Positions 28,089-37,344 are shown, counted from the first letter of the stretch. The stretch is DNA of 64,000 bases from Chthoniobacterales bacterium (GCA_038207335.1 JBBQZX010000007.1:1-64000), one strand, 5' to 3'. Translations and numbers: made by a program. Notes: generated by a model from the sequence alone, not told the origin.

Positions 28089-28802
28089 ATGCAACGACTC
28101 CTCACTTTTCTCGCTCTCTACGTGTTGCCGGTGATCGCCTTTGCGGACGAGCCACTCCCCGTGCGATGGAACGTCACCGCAGAGTGCGACATGGTCATCC
28201 TCCCGCAGGCGAGCGCCCTGCCGCTCCTCGCCGGCCTGAACGACGAGGCGAAAATCGAAACCGGTTGGACGCGCCTCCGCGCGATGATCGACCGCGGCGA
28301 AGCCACCCTCGCCGCCAGCCTCCTCGCGAAAGGAACCAGCGGCGAGAAGTGCATTTCCGAGTCCATCGAGGAAATGAAATACCCGACGGAATACGACCCG
28401 CCGCAAGTTCCCGACTTCGTCCCTCCAGAAAAAGCGCTGGAGACGCTGAAGGCATGGCCCGTGGTCGGAATCACGCCGACCGCATTCGAGACCCGGAACG
28501 TCGGGATGACCCTCGAGTTCATCGGCAAGGTCGCGAGCGATGGCGAATGGATCGACGTGAACGTGGTCCCGCAGCACGTCCGGTTTCTACGGTTCGACAA
28601 ATTCGACGCCGGCAAGCTGCCAACCGGCGACCGTCTGAGCGTCGAGCAGCCGCAGTTTCTCACCTTCAAAAACACGAGCACCCTCGTCCTCAAAAACGGC
28701 CAGCGCGTCCTGCTCGGCGTTCACAAGCTCCCGAGCCCGGAGACGACGATGGAGCTTTTCCTCCTGCGCGTCTCGGCGAAGAAAGTGGCGAAGGGGAAAT
28801 GA
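28089..28802 (+). CDS. Small secreted secretin-domain-like protein, paralog 1
   Basis: Signal peptide; YPTEYDPP, PTAFETRNVGMTLE, VPQHV, QPQF and LKNGQRVLLG resemble the secretin (GspD/PilQ, Amuc_1098-type) barrel region. Confidence 0.65.
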   Translation: MQRLLTFLALYVLPVIAFADEPLPVRWNVTAECDMVILPQASALPLLAGLNDEAKIETGWTRLRAMIDRGEATLAASLLAKGTSGEKCISESIEEMKYPTEYDPPQVPDFVPPEKALETLKAWPVVGITPTAFETRNVGMTLEFIGKVASDGEWIDVNVVPQHVRFLRFDKFDAGKLPTGDRLSVEQPQFLTFKNTSTLVLKNGQRVLLGVHKLPSPETTMELFLLRVSAKKVAKGK

Positions 28803-29530
28803 CGATTCGCCTGCTCTTTTCGGTCGCCGCAGCGGCATTGGCGTTCGCCATTTCCGTCGGTGCGGAGGAGCCGAAGGCGACGGGTTGGAACGTACGGGTG
28901 GAGGTGCAGATGGTGAGCGTGCCGATGGCGAAAGGGCTCGCGTTGGTGCCAGCGATGCTCGAAGCGCAGACCGCCGAGAGCGCCTTCGCGGACCTCGACA
29001 AGATGATCGTGGACAACGCGGCACGTCTGCTCGCTTGGCCTGTCGTTTGGATCCGCGACCGTGAGCGCGGGCTCTCTGAAGCGATCGAAGAGGTGCGGTA
29101 TCCGACCGAATTCAACCCGCCGCAGGAGCCAACACTTTTTGCCGGCGGTCTGAAGCCCGATCCTCGGCCTTGGGGACCTGACATTCCGACCGCGTTTGAA
29201 ACTCGAAACATCGGTCCAACGCTGGAGGTTCAGCCAGCAGTGAAGTCCGGCGGTAAGCTGATCGAGCTTTCGATCGTTCCACAGATGGTCCGGTTCGTGA
29301 AGTTTCACGAGTTCTCCACGCCCAAATCGCCGCTCGGCATCGGCGGGACGATGCAGCAACCGGAATTCCTGACCATGAAGGCGACGACCACCTTCACCGT
29401 CCGCAGTGGTCAGCGCACGCTCGGCGGGGTGTTCGTGGTCCCGGAGCCCGCGCCTCATTTCGAGCTGTTCATCGTCCGCGCCACGGCCTTTCCCCACCAC
29501 GACTCCGAACTCAGCCCGCCCTCACCATGA
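28799..29530 (+). CDS. Small secreted secretin-domain-like protein, paralog 2
   Basis: ATGA overlap with paralog 1; signal peptide MTIRLLFSVAAAALAFA; YPTEFNPP, PTAFETRNIGPTLEVQP, QPEF, VRSGQRTLGG. Confidence 0.65.
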   Translation: MTIRLLFSVAAAALAFAISVGAEEPKATGWNVRVEVQMVSVPMAKGLALVPAMLEAQTAESAFADLDKMIVDNAARLLAWPVVWIRDRERGLSEAIEEVRYPTEFNPPQEPTLFAGGLKPDPRPWGPDIPTAFETRNIGPTLEVQPAVKSGGKLIELSIVPQMVRFVKFHEFSTPKSPLGIGGTMQQPEFLTMKATTTFTVRSGQRTLGGVFVVPEPAPHFELFIVRATAFPHHDSELSPPSP

Positions 29531-30265
29531 ACCGACTCTCCTCCGCCATCCTCGCGTGCCTCGCGCTCGTGTTCGCCACTACCTCGGTCCGCGGAATGGA
29601 CCCGTTGCCGATAGACGCTGCGCCAGTCAATATCCGCGTCGAGCTGCAGGTCGTCACCCTTCCGCAGGAGATCGCCGTCCCGCTCGTCGCCGAGCTGATG
29701 GACGAGAAGACCATCGAACCCGCCTACGTCAAAGTGCAGGGGCTGCTGGGAAAGGGCGCCGGCAAACTGATCGGTTGGCCCATCATCACGACGACGGTCG
29801 GACAGCGCGCTGTCTCGGAGAATAACGACGAGTTCCGTTACGCGACCGAGTATTCCGCACCCGCTGTCGCCGTCATTTCAAATGGGGTGATCGTGGACCA
29901 GACCAAGACCGAGCCGAAACCCGGCGAACCGCTGCCCAGCACCATTCTCGCTTCTACTCCGATGGCCTTCGAGACGCGCAACACGGGCGTCACTTTGGAG
30001 GTCGAGCCTTTCATCACGCCGGATGGGAAGCACATTTCGCTCACCCTCGTCCCGCAGCACGTTCGGCTGAAGGGCGACGATTGAGAACCAGAAGAGCGGC
30101 TACACGGTTGTCGTCGAGCAGCCGGAGTTCGACACGGTGAAGGTGAGGACTTCGCTCACTCTCAAAAACGGCGAGCGGAAACTGCTCGGCGTTTTTCATG
30201 TCAGCGAGCCGCCGAATAGCATCGAGCTTTTCCTCCTCAAAGCGACGATCTTGAAGGTTGAGTGA
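29527..30265 (+). pseudogene. Secretin-domain-like paralog 3, frameshifted near 30075
   Basis: The ORF stops at 30084 after VPQHVRLKG. The +1 frame continues TIENQKSGYTVVVEQPEFDTVKVRTSLTLKNGERKLLGVFHVSEPPNSIELFLLKATILKVE* to 30265, matching the C-termini of paralogs 1 and 2. Confidence 0.8.
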
Positions 30266-30311
30266 GCGGCGGTTGCGGGTTTCCGTTCCCGCTCCGCGCC
30301 ACCACTTTCAC

Positions 30312-30773
30312 ATGCCAGGCACCGTCTTTTACAAGCGCTCGAACTTCGTCACGCACCTCCCCGCGGACTGTCTCTACAGCCCGTCGCATTTCTGGCTGGC
30401 GCGCGAGGAGGGCGAGCGGTGGCGCGTCGGCTTCACGAAATTCGCGACGCGGATGCTCGGCGAGATCGTCGATCATCAGTGGGAAAAGCAGCCCGGCGCG
30501 GCGATCTATTCCGGCGAAATCATCGGCTCGATCGAGGGCTTCAAAGCGATCTCCGACCTTTACTGCGTCGCCGATGGGACCTTCGCCGGAGGCAATCCCG
30601 CACTCCTCGAGCACATCGAGATCGTCGGCAAAAATCCCTATACCGACGGCTGGCTGTACCGCTTCGATGGCACGCCCGACAGCAAATGCGTCAGCCTCGA
30701 AAAGTATTGCTCGATGCTCGACGGCACCATCGATCGCATCCTCGCGAAACAGCAGCACGAAGAACACGAATGA
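30312..30773 (+). CDS. Glycine cleavage H-like (lipoyl-carrier) protein
   Basis: YSPSHFW, RVGFTKFATRMLGEIV, IEGFKAISDLY (lipoyl Lys position kept), NPYTDGWL; no gcvT/gcvP in the window. Confidence 0.85.
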   Translation: MPGTVFYKRSNFVTHLPADCLYSPSHFWLAREEGERWRVGFTKFATRMLGEIVDHQWEKQPGAAIYSGEIIGSIEGFKAISDLYCVADGTFAGGNPALLEHIEIVGKNPYTDGWLYRFDGTPDSKCVSLEKYCSMLDGTIDRILAKQQHEEHE

Positions 30774-31918
30774 ATACCCATCCCTCATCTCTCAGCCCTC
30801 ACCCATCGCCCGCCAAAGCCCGCTACATCATGATCGGCGGCTTTCTCGGTGCGGGGAAAACCACTGCCGTTGCTGCGCTCGCACAACACCTTTCCTCGCA
30901 GGGGAAACGCGTCGGGCTCATCACGAACGATCAAGGCAGCGAGCTCGTCGATACCGCCATGCTGCGCGCAAAAGGCTTTGCGACCGAAGAAATTCCCGGC
31001 GGCTGTTTCTGCTGCCGTTTTAACTCCCTCGTTAATGCCGCCGGCAAACTCACAGATGCCACGCGCCCCGATGTTTTCATCGCCGAGCCCGTCGGCAGTT
31101 GCACCGATCTCGTCGCGACCGTCACGTATCCGCTGCGCCGGATTTACGGCGACCGTTTCCACATCGCGCCGCTCAGCGTCCTCGTCGATCCCATCCGCGC
31201 CGAGCGCATCCTCGGCCTTGCCGAGGGCAGTAAATTCTCCGAAAAAGTCCGCTACATTTACCTCAAGCAGCTCGAAGAGGCCGACATCATCGTCATCGGA
31301 AAAACCGAGTTGCTGCCCGCGGGTCGGCTTGCCGTCTTGCACGCGAGCCTTTCGGACGAATTCCCGCAGGCCGAAATCCTCGAAGTCTCCGTGCGCGAGG
31401 GCAGGGGACTCGGCGACTGGTTCGACGCCATTACCACGGGCGAGCAAATCGCCCGCGCCGCGATGCCGGTCGATTACGAAATTTACGCCGAAGGCGAAGC
31501 GCTTCTCGGCTGGCTGAACGCCACCGTGCAGCTCACGAGCCCCGCCGGATTCGACTCCAGCGAACTCCTCCGCGCCCTCGCCACCGACCTGCAAACGAGT
31601 CTGGGCACCGCCGAAATCGGTCACCTCAAAATGACCCTCAGCCCCGACTCCGGTCTCGGCGACATTGCAGTCATCAATCTCGTCCGCAACGATTTCATCC
31701 CCGAGCTTTCCCTCACCCTCGACGAGCCCGTCGAAAGCGCCCAGCTCATCATTAATCTCCGCGCTGAAGCCGACCCCGACACCCTCCGCGATGCAGTTGC
31801 CGCGGCCATCATCGGCCTTCCTGCGAAAATCACCGATCTCACCGCGACCCTCGACCACCTCGAGCATTTCCGCCCCGGCAAACCGACCCCCACGCACCGC
31901 GACGTGGCTGCCGTGTGA
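30770..31918 (+). CDS. CobW/HypB/UreG (G3E, COG0523-like) P-loop GTPase
   Basis: GGFLGAGKTT, ITNDQG, GGCFCC, AEPVGSCTDL, QLEEAD; ATGA overlap with the GcvH-like gene. Confidence 0.88.
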   Translation: MNTHPSSLSPHPSPAKARYIMIGGFLGAGKTTAVAALAQHLSSQGKRVGLITNDQGSELVDTAMLRAKGFATEEIPGGCFCCRFNSLVNAAGKLTDATRPDVFIAEPVGSCTDLVATVTYPLRRIYGDRFHIAPLSVLVDPIRAERILGLAEGSKFSEKVRYIYLKQLEEADIIVIGKTELLPAGRLAVLHASLSDEFPQAEILEVSVREGRGLGDWFDAITTGEQIARAAMPVDYEIYAEGEALLGWLNATVQLTSPAGFDSSELLRALATDLQTSLGTAEIGHLKMTLSPDSGLGDIAVINLVRNDFIPELSLTLDEPVESAQLIINLRAEADPDTLRDAVAAAIIGLPAKITDLTATLDHLEHFRPGKPTPTHRDVAAV

Positions 31919-31981
31919 CCTGCCGGGGTCGAACAAACAAAGGATTTGAGCCTCCGCGGGATTCCGTAGATTGCCCGCCGC

Positions 31982-32374
31982 ATGAGCCTCTCGCCAAACC
32001 GCATCCTTTACTGCCACTGCCAATACGCGCAGGTGGTGCCGCGCGAAGTGAAGGAAGCGGTGCTGCGGCGGTTGTGCGAAGAGGGCGTGGAATTCGAGGC
32101 AGTCGCGGATTTATGTGAGATGTCAGCGCGGCGCGACCCCGCGCTGACACGGCTCGCCGAAGGAGGTGGGGTGAAGATCGCGGCATGTTTTCCGCGCGCG
32201 GTGAAGTGGCTTTTTCACCAAGCTGGCGCGCCGCTGCCGATGGATGCGGCGGAGGTATTGAACATGCGGGTGCAAGCCGCGGAGGAGGTGTGCGCCGCGC
32301 TGCTCGCTGAGGAATTGACGCCCAATTTGCCGAGCAAAACCGAGCCTCACGCGCCCGCTCTCGCTTCAAATTAG
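31982..32374 (+). CDS. Small Cys-motif protein resembling the HdrA N-terminal Fe-S domain
   Basis: RILYCHC...DLCE...KIAACFPRAVKWLF has the spacing of HdrA-N (CxC...LC...AACxPR). Confidence 0.65.
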   Translation: MSLSPNRILYCHCQYAQVVPREVKEAVLRRLCEEGVEFEAVADLCEMSARRDPALTRLAEGGGVKIAACFPRAVKWLFHQAGAPLPMDAAEVLNMRVQAAEEVCAALLAEELTPNLPSKTEPHAPALASN

Positions 32375-32380
32375 ATATCC

Positions 32381-33217
32381 GTGGCTCTCACCGATTCCAC
32401 TTTGCGCGTCGTTCTTTTTGAAGGAGACGGCGCGGAACCGCTCGCGGCAGACGATCGTTTCGCGGCGATGAATGCGTTGCTGGAGAAAGGCTTCGCCGTC
32501 TCGCGCACGAGCCGCGGCGAAGTGGAGAAGCGTGAGCGCGGTTCGCTGCTCGTGCTCGGCCGCTTCGCCTCGGAACCAGCCTCCCCACAGGCGCAGGAGG
32601 CGGGCGTGCTTTTCAAAAACATCGCCGGGCTGAATCCCGTCGCCATCGCGGAGACCGTCGAGACGGCGCGCGCTGAAACGCAAAGCGCCACGCACGGCGC
32701 GTGGAAGCCGTGGTTCCCGGTCATCGATTACGACCGCTGCACGAACTGCATGCAGTGCCTCAGCTTCTGCCTTTTCGGCGTTTATGGCGTCGATGAAGAG
32801 CGGCGCATCCAAGTGCAGAACAACGACAACTGTAAAACGAACTGCCCCGCCTGCTCACGCGTCTGCCCGGAAGCCGCGATCATGTTTCCGAAATACAAAG
32901 CCGGTCCGATCAACGGCGACACGGTGAGCGACGCCGACCTGCAAAAGGAGAAGATGAAGGTCGATATTTCCGCGCTCCTTGGCGGCGACGTGTATGAGAT
33001 GCTCCGCCTGCGCAGCGAAAAGGCAAAGTCGCGTTTCGGCAAAGAACGCGACGCCGACAAGGCGCTGAGCGAGCGGCAAAAGTGCCTCGTGAAACTCGCC
33101 GCCGCCGGCGACATTCCGCCGGAAGTGCTCATGTCGCTCCCCTCGCCCGAGGAAATCGCCCGCCGCGCAGAAGAGGCCGCGGCAAAGGCGCAAGCGGCGC
33201 TGGCTCCGGCAACTTGA
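32381..33217 (+). CDS. 2x[4Fe-4S] dicluster ferredoxin-domain protein
   Basis: WFPVIDYDRCTNCMQCLSFCLFGVY and CKTNCPACSRVCPEAAI, with extra N- and C-terminal domains. Confidence 0.85.
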   Translation: MALTDSTLRVVLFEGDGAEPLAADDRFAAMNALLEKGFAVSRTSRGEVEKRERGSLLVLGRFASEPASPQAQEAGVLFKNIAGLNPVAIAETVETARAETQSATHGAWKPWFPVIDYDRCTNCMQCLSFCLFGVYGVDEERRIQVQNNDNCKTNCPACSRVCPEAAIMFPKYKAGPINGDTVSDADLQKEKMKVDISALLGGDVYEMLRLRSEKAKSRFGKERDADKALSERQKCLVKLAAAGDIPPEVLMSLPSPEEIARRAEEAAAKAQAALAPAT

Positions 33218-33238
33218 TGTCGCGATTTGCGACATCAA
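33214..33238. repeat. Perfect 10-bp inverted repeat at the ferredoxin stop
   Basis: TTGATGTCGC-GATTT-GCGACATCAA. Confidence 0.75.
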
Positions 33239-33333
33239 AAATCTCTCCGCTCTTGAAACATCGCAGCCTCGTCCCGCTCGAACGCATCCATCAGGCGGGG
33301 GCGGTGAAAGTGCGACCGGGACGGCGACGAGGC

Positions 33334-36300
33334 ATGATCCGCTGCGTCGCCATCATCGTGACGGGCGCGGCGGCACTCGGAGTTTTTGGAGCGAGAGGCG
33401 GCGTGGCGGCGACGGCGTTGCCGTCCGCGGAGACGGAGTTTTTTGAGGGAAAGATCCGGCCGGTGCTGGCGGCGGAATGCTACGAATGCCACGGCGCGAA
33501 GAAGCAGAAAGGCGGGCTGCGGCTCGACTCGCGGGACGGATGGAAGGCGGGTGGCGATACGGGCGAGACGATCGTGCCGGGGCAGGCGGCGAAGAGCCTG
33601 CTCATCAAGTCGATCCGGCACGAAGACCCCGATCTCAAGATGCCGAGCAAGTCGCCGAAGCTCGACGACGCAGTCATCGCGGACTTTGAAAATTGGGTAA
33701 ACATGGGCGCTCCCGATCCGCGCGATGCGCCACCGCGCGACGACCGCGGGAAGCCCGCGTGGAGCGAATTGCTCGCCGCGCGGCGCGGATGGTGGGCGTT
33801 TCGCCCCGTGCAAATGCCGGCGCTGCCCGCGGTCAAAAATCGCGATTGGAGCACGAATCCGGTGGATCTTTTTCTCCTCGCGAAAATGGAGGCGAATGCG
33901 CTGAAACCCTCTGCGCAGGCTGATCCGCAGACGATCATCCGGCGGCTCACTTTCACGCTCACGGGCCTTCCGCCGACGCCGGATGAAGTGAAAGTTTTCG
34001 TTGCGGATTCAAAAAACAACCCGCAATCAGCAATCGGCCATGCAGCAACGCGGCTTCTCGCGAGCCCGCGATTCGGAGAGCATTGGGCGCGGCATTGGAT
34101 GGACCTCATGCGATACGCGGAGACGCACGGGAGCGAGAGCGACCCGGAGATTCCCGATGCGTGGCGCTATCGCGATTACCTCGTCCGCGCGTTCAACGCC
34201 GACGTGCCGTACGACCAATTCATCCGCGAGCAAATCGCCGGGGATCTTCTGCCGAAGCCGCGCCGCGCGGAGGATGGGGTGAACGAATCGCTCCTCGGCA
34301 CAGCGCAATTTCGGCTCGTCGAGCACGGTTACCAGCCGATCGACACGCTCGACGATCAGGTGAAGGCGGTGGACAACCAGATCGACGTGGTGAGCAAGGC
34401 GTTTCAAGGGCTCACGATCTCGTGCGCGCGCTGTCACGACCACAAATTCGACGCGATCAGCCAGCGCGACTACTACGCACTCTTTGGCATCTTCGCGAGT
34501 TGCCGCCCGGCGATGGTGACGGTCGATTCAGCCGCGAAACTCGCCTCGCACGATGGCGAACTCGCGGCACTCAAAGGACCGATCCGCGAGACGCTCGCCG
34601 ATGCATGGACGGAAGCGGCTTCCCATTTTTCCGACCGCCTGCTGCACCCACGCGACGGCGATCCGCTGGCGAAGCTCATCGCCGACGCGGCGAAGAATCC
34701 GGCTAATCCAATGAACGCTTGGTCGCAATTGGCGTCGGCGGGCGATTCGTTTTCGAGCCAGTGGAAAGGCTTTGTGGACAAGTCGCGCGTCAAGTTCGAG
34801 GAGGGACGCGCGTTTAATAGCGACTACTTTCAGCCCGGATGGGATTTCGCTTCAGGCGACGTCAAAGCTTGGTATTCCCATGGTCTCGGGCTCGCGGAGC
34901 CGTTTGCGCGGGCCGGGGAATTTGGCGTGAATCCCGACGGCAACCGCGTGATTGACGGACTGCTGCCAGCCGGGATTTCGACGAATCGCCTCTCTCGAAA
35001 ACACAATGGTTCATTCACTTCTCCGCGCTTCAAAATCGACAGCGACTCGATCTTCATACGCGCGGGCGGTGGCGGTGGTGCGTGGGTCCGCGTCGCCTTC
35101 GACAACTATCCGCTCAACTCGAATCCAACTTTTCCGAAGTCTGAATTCAAGAGCACTGAATCCGGCTGGGTGCGTTTCGACACCGCGTATCGAAAAGGCT
35201 CGTGGGCGTATCTCGAATTCATCACGGCAGACGACAACACGCGCCACGAGAGTTCCGCGCCGAAGGACAGCCGCTCGTGGTTCAGCGCGGAGCGCGTCGT
35301 CTTCAGCGATGGGAAAGAGCCACCGCGCGAGTCGCCCGGTGCCGCAGAACTCGTGCTCGCCGGTGACGCACCGCGCACCGCGGATGACCTGGCAGCGCGC
35401 TACGAAAAGCTCCTCCGCGGCGCCATCGCCGCGTGGCGCATGGACGCCGAAAGTGAGCCGCAGTGCGCGCTGCTCGATTTGCTCGTGCGGCGCGACGTGC
35501 TCCCGGCGAACCTCCCGGCTCTGCCGAAAATAGCGGGCCTCGTCGCCGAGTATCGCCGCCTCGAAAGCGAAGTCCCCGTGCCGAGCCGTGCACCAGGAGT
35601 CTTCGAGACCGTCGGGCTCGACGCGCCCTTTCTGCCGCGCGGCGATCACCTGAAACCTGGCGATCCCGTCCCGCGCCGCTACCTCGAAGTCTTCGGCGGC
35701 CAGCCCTTTCACACCGCCCTCAGCGGACGCCTCGAACTCGCCGAGGCCCTTGCGAGCCGGGCCAATCCGCTCACCGCGCGCGTCATGGTCAACCGCATCT
35801 GGCACTGGGTTTTCGGACGCGGCCTCGTCCCGACCGTCGATAATTTCGGCCGCATGGGCGACAAGCCGGCGAACCCCGAGTTGCTCGATTTTCTCGCCGT
35901 GCATTTCGTCGAGCACGGCTGGTCGGTGAAGGAATTGATCACCTTCCTCGTCACCTCTCGTGCCTTTCAAATGAACAGCGAAGCGTCTTCCTCCGCGGTA
36001 GAAATCGACCCCGCCAACGACTTACTTTCACACGCCCGCATTTGCCGACTCGAGGCCGAGTCCATCCGCGATTCACTCCTCGCCGTGTCGGGAAAACTCG
36101 ACTTCAAAATGGGCGGCGCGAGCGAGCACTTCGACGCCGCTCGGCGCAGCATCTACCTCGAAGTCCTTCGCACTAAGCTCAACCCTTTCCTGCAAGTCTT
36201 TGACTCCCCCGTTCCCTTCACCACCGTCGGTCGCCGCGACTCGACCAACGTCCCCGCGCAATCCCTCACCCTTCTCAACGCCCCTTTCGTCATCGATCAA

Positions 36301-36552
36301 TCGCGAGCGTGGGCGCAGTCGCTCCTTCGCACCGGCGCGGACGAAAATCGCGACTCTCGTGTTACACGCATGTTTTCCGCCGCCTTCGCCCGCGAGCCTT
36401 CCGCCAGGGAGCTGATCGCGTCCGCCGCCTACCTCACGCAACTGGCGAATGAGCAACACATTTCCCCCGACGCCGAGCTGCAAAACGAGCTCGTCTGGCA
36501 GGATTTCGCCCAATCGCTCTTCAACCTGAAGGAGTTCATCTACCTTCGGTAA
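33334..36552 (+). CDS. PSD1/planctomycete cytochrome c domain protein (PSCyt1 + DUF1549 + DUF1553)
   Basis: FFEGKIRPVLAAECYECHG, GGLRLDS, FGEHWARHWMDLMRYAET, CARCHDHKFDAI, NPLTARVMVNRIW, AESIRDSLL, NLKEFIYLR. Confidence 0.92.
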   Translation: MIRCVAIIVTGAAALGVFGARGGVAATALPSAETEFFEGKIRPVLAAECYECHGAKKQKGGLRLDSRDGWKAGGDTGETIVPGQAAKSLLIKSIRHEDPDLKMPSKSPKLDDAVIADFENWVNMGAPDPRDAPPRDDRGKPAWSELLAARRGWWAFRPVQMPALPAVKNRDWSTNPVDLFLLAKMEANALKPSAQADPQTIIRRLTFTLTGLPPTPDEVKVFVADSKNNPQSAIGHAATRLLASPRFGEHWARHWMDLMRYAETHGSESDPEIPDAWRYRDYLVRAFNADVPYDQFIREQIAGDLLPKPRRAEDGVNESLLGTAQFRLVEHGYQPIDTLDDQVKAVDNQIDVVSKAFQGLTISCARCHDHKFDAISQRDYYALFGIFASCRPAMVTVDSAAKLASHDGELAALKGPIRETLADAWTEAASHFSDRLLHPRDGDPLAKLIADAAKNPANPMNAWSQLASAGDSFSSQWKGFVDKSRVKFEEGRAFNSDYFQPGWDFASGDVKAWYSHGLGLAEPFARAGEFGVNPDGNRVIDGLLPAGISTNRLSRKHNGSFTSPRFKIDSDSIFIRAGGGGGAWVRVAFDNYPLNSNPTFPKSEFKSTESGWVRFDTAYRKGSWAYLEFITADDNTRHESSAPKDSRSWFSAERVVFSDGKEPPRESPGAAELVLAGDAPRTADDLAARYEKLLRGAIAAWRMDAESEPQCALLDLLVRRDVLPANLPALPKIAGLVAEYRRLESEVPVPSRAPGVFETVGLDAPFLPRGDHLKPGDPVPRRYLEVFGGQPFHTALSGRLELAEALASRANPLTARVMVNRIWHWVFGRGLVPTVDNFGRMGDKPANPELLDFLAVHFVEHGWSVKELITFLVTSRAFQMNSEASSSAVEIDPANDLLSHARICRLEAESIRDSLLAVSGKLDFKMGGASEHFDAARRSIYLEVLRTKLNPFLQVFDSPVPFTTVGRRDSTNVPAQSLTLLNAPFVIDQSRAWAQSLLRTGADENRDSRVTRMFSAAFAREPSARELIASAAYLTQLANEQHISPDAELQNELVWQDFAQSLFNLKEFIYLR

Positions 36553-36780
36553 ATCGGTGGCATTAAACCGGATCGCCAATCCGGCATTTCGTCGAGCGGG
36601 CTCGGCAGGGAATAGAACGGACAAGGCCCGACTCTCAATCAACTGTGAATCCGCTTTTGATTGAAAGATCTCGCCTCCAATGCTCTCTCGCTGGATGCGC
36701 TGGTCTGGCGTGGAAATGGCTCCACGTTTGACAAACAAGCGTTTCGTGGGACTTGAGAAACGCCGCGTTTTCCACCCCAA

Positions 36781-37344
36781 ATGCTGACGAACACCACCTT
36801 TCCTATTAAACCCACCACAGCCAGCGGGTTCCTGCCGCTGTTGTCGCGCTGGTGGATATACCTCGCGATGGGCGCAGCAATCCTCGCGCTGGATTGGGTC
36901 TCGGGACCTTATTTGATGTTCCCGGTTTTCTTTGTGATTCCGATCGCCCTTTCGGCATGGTTTTACACCGCGCCCTGCACGATCGCACTCACGTTGCTGC
37001 TGCCGCTCGGGCGCGTGGTAATTGCGGCTTATATCCAGCAGCACACGCCGCCGATGTATGCCGTGATCAATGGCCTCATCCGCGTCGCGGTGCTCGGCTT
37101 CATCGCGTATCTCGTGCGTCGGACGGCGCGGCAGACGCGCGAGTTGGAAAAGGAAGTAACGCTGCTCGAGGGGATCCTTCACATCTGCATGTTTTGCAAA
37201 CGCATCCGCGACGAGGACAGGGGTTGGGAGCCGCTGGAGGGTTACATTTCGCGAAAGTCGGAGGCGGACTTTAGCCACGGGTTATGCCCGGAGTGCGCGC
37301 AGAAGCACTATGGAGACGTTCTTGACAGAAGCAGGTCTCGCTGA
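36781..37344 (+). CDS. Membrane protein (about 4 TM) with C-terminal Cys/His zinc-ribbon-like signalling tail
   Basis: Hydrophobic helices, short coiled coil, then LHICMFCKRIRD...W...YI...FSHGLCPEC. Confidence 0.75.
   Translation: MLTNTTFPIKPTTASGFLPLLSRWWIYLAMGAAILALDWVSGPYLMFPVFFVIPIALSAWFYTAPCTIALTLLLPLGRVVIAAYIQQHTPPMYAVINGLIRVAVLGFIAYLVRRTARQTRELEKEVTLLEGILHICMFCKRIRDEDRGWEPLEGYISRKSEADFSHGLCPECAQKHYGDVLDRSRSR

Noticed and set aside
28166..28798. N-terminal extension of the 454-aa ORF in the track
   Set aside because: It overlaps paralog 1 out of frame; the real start is ATG 28799, which is followed by a signal peptide.
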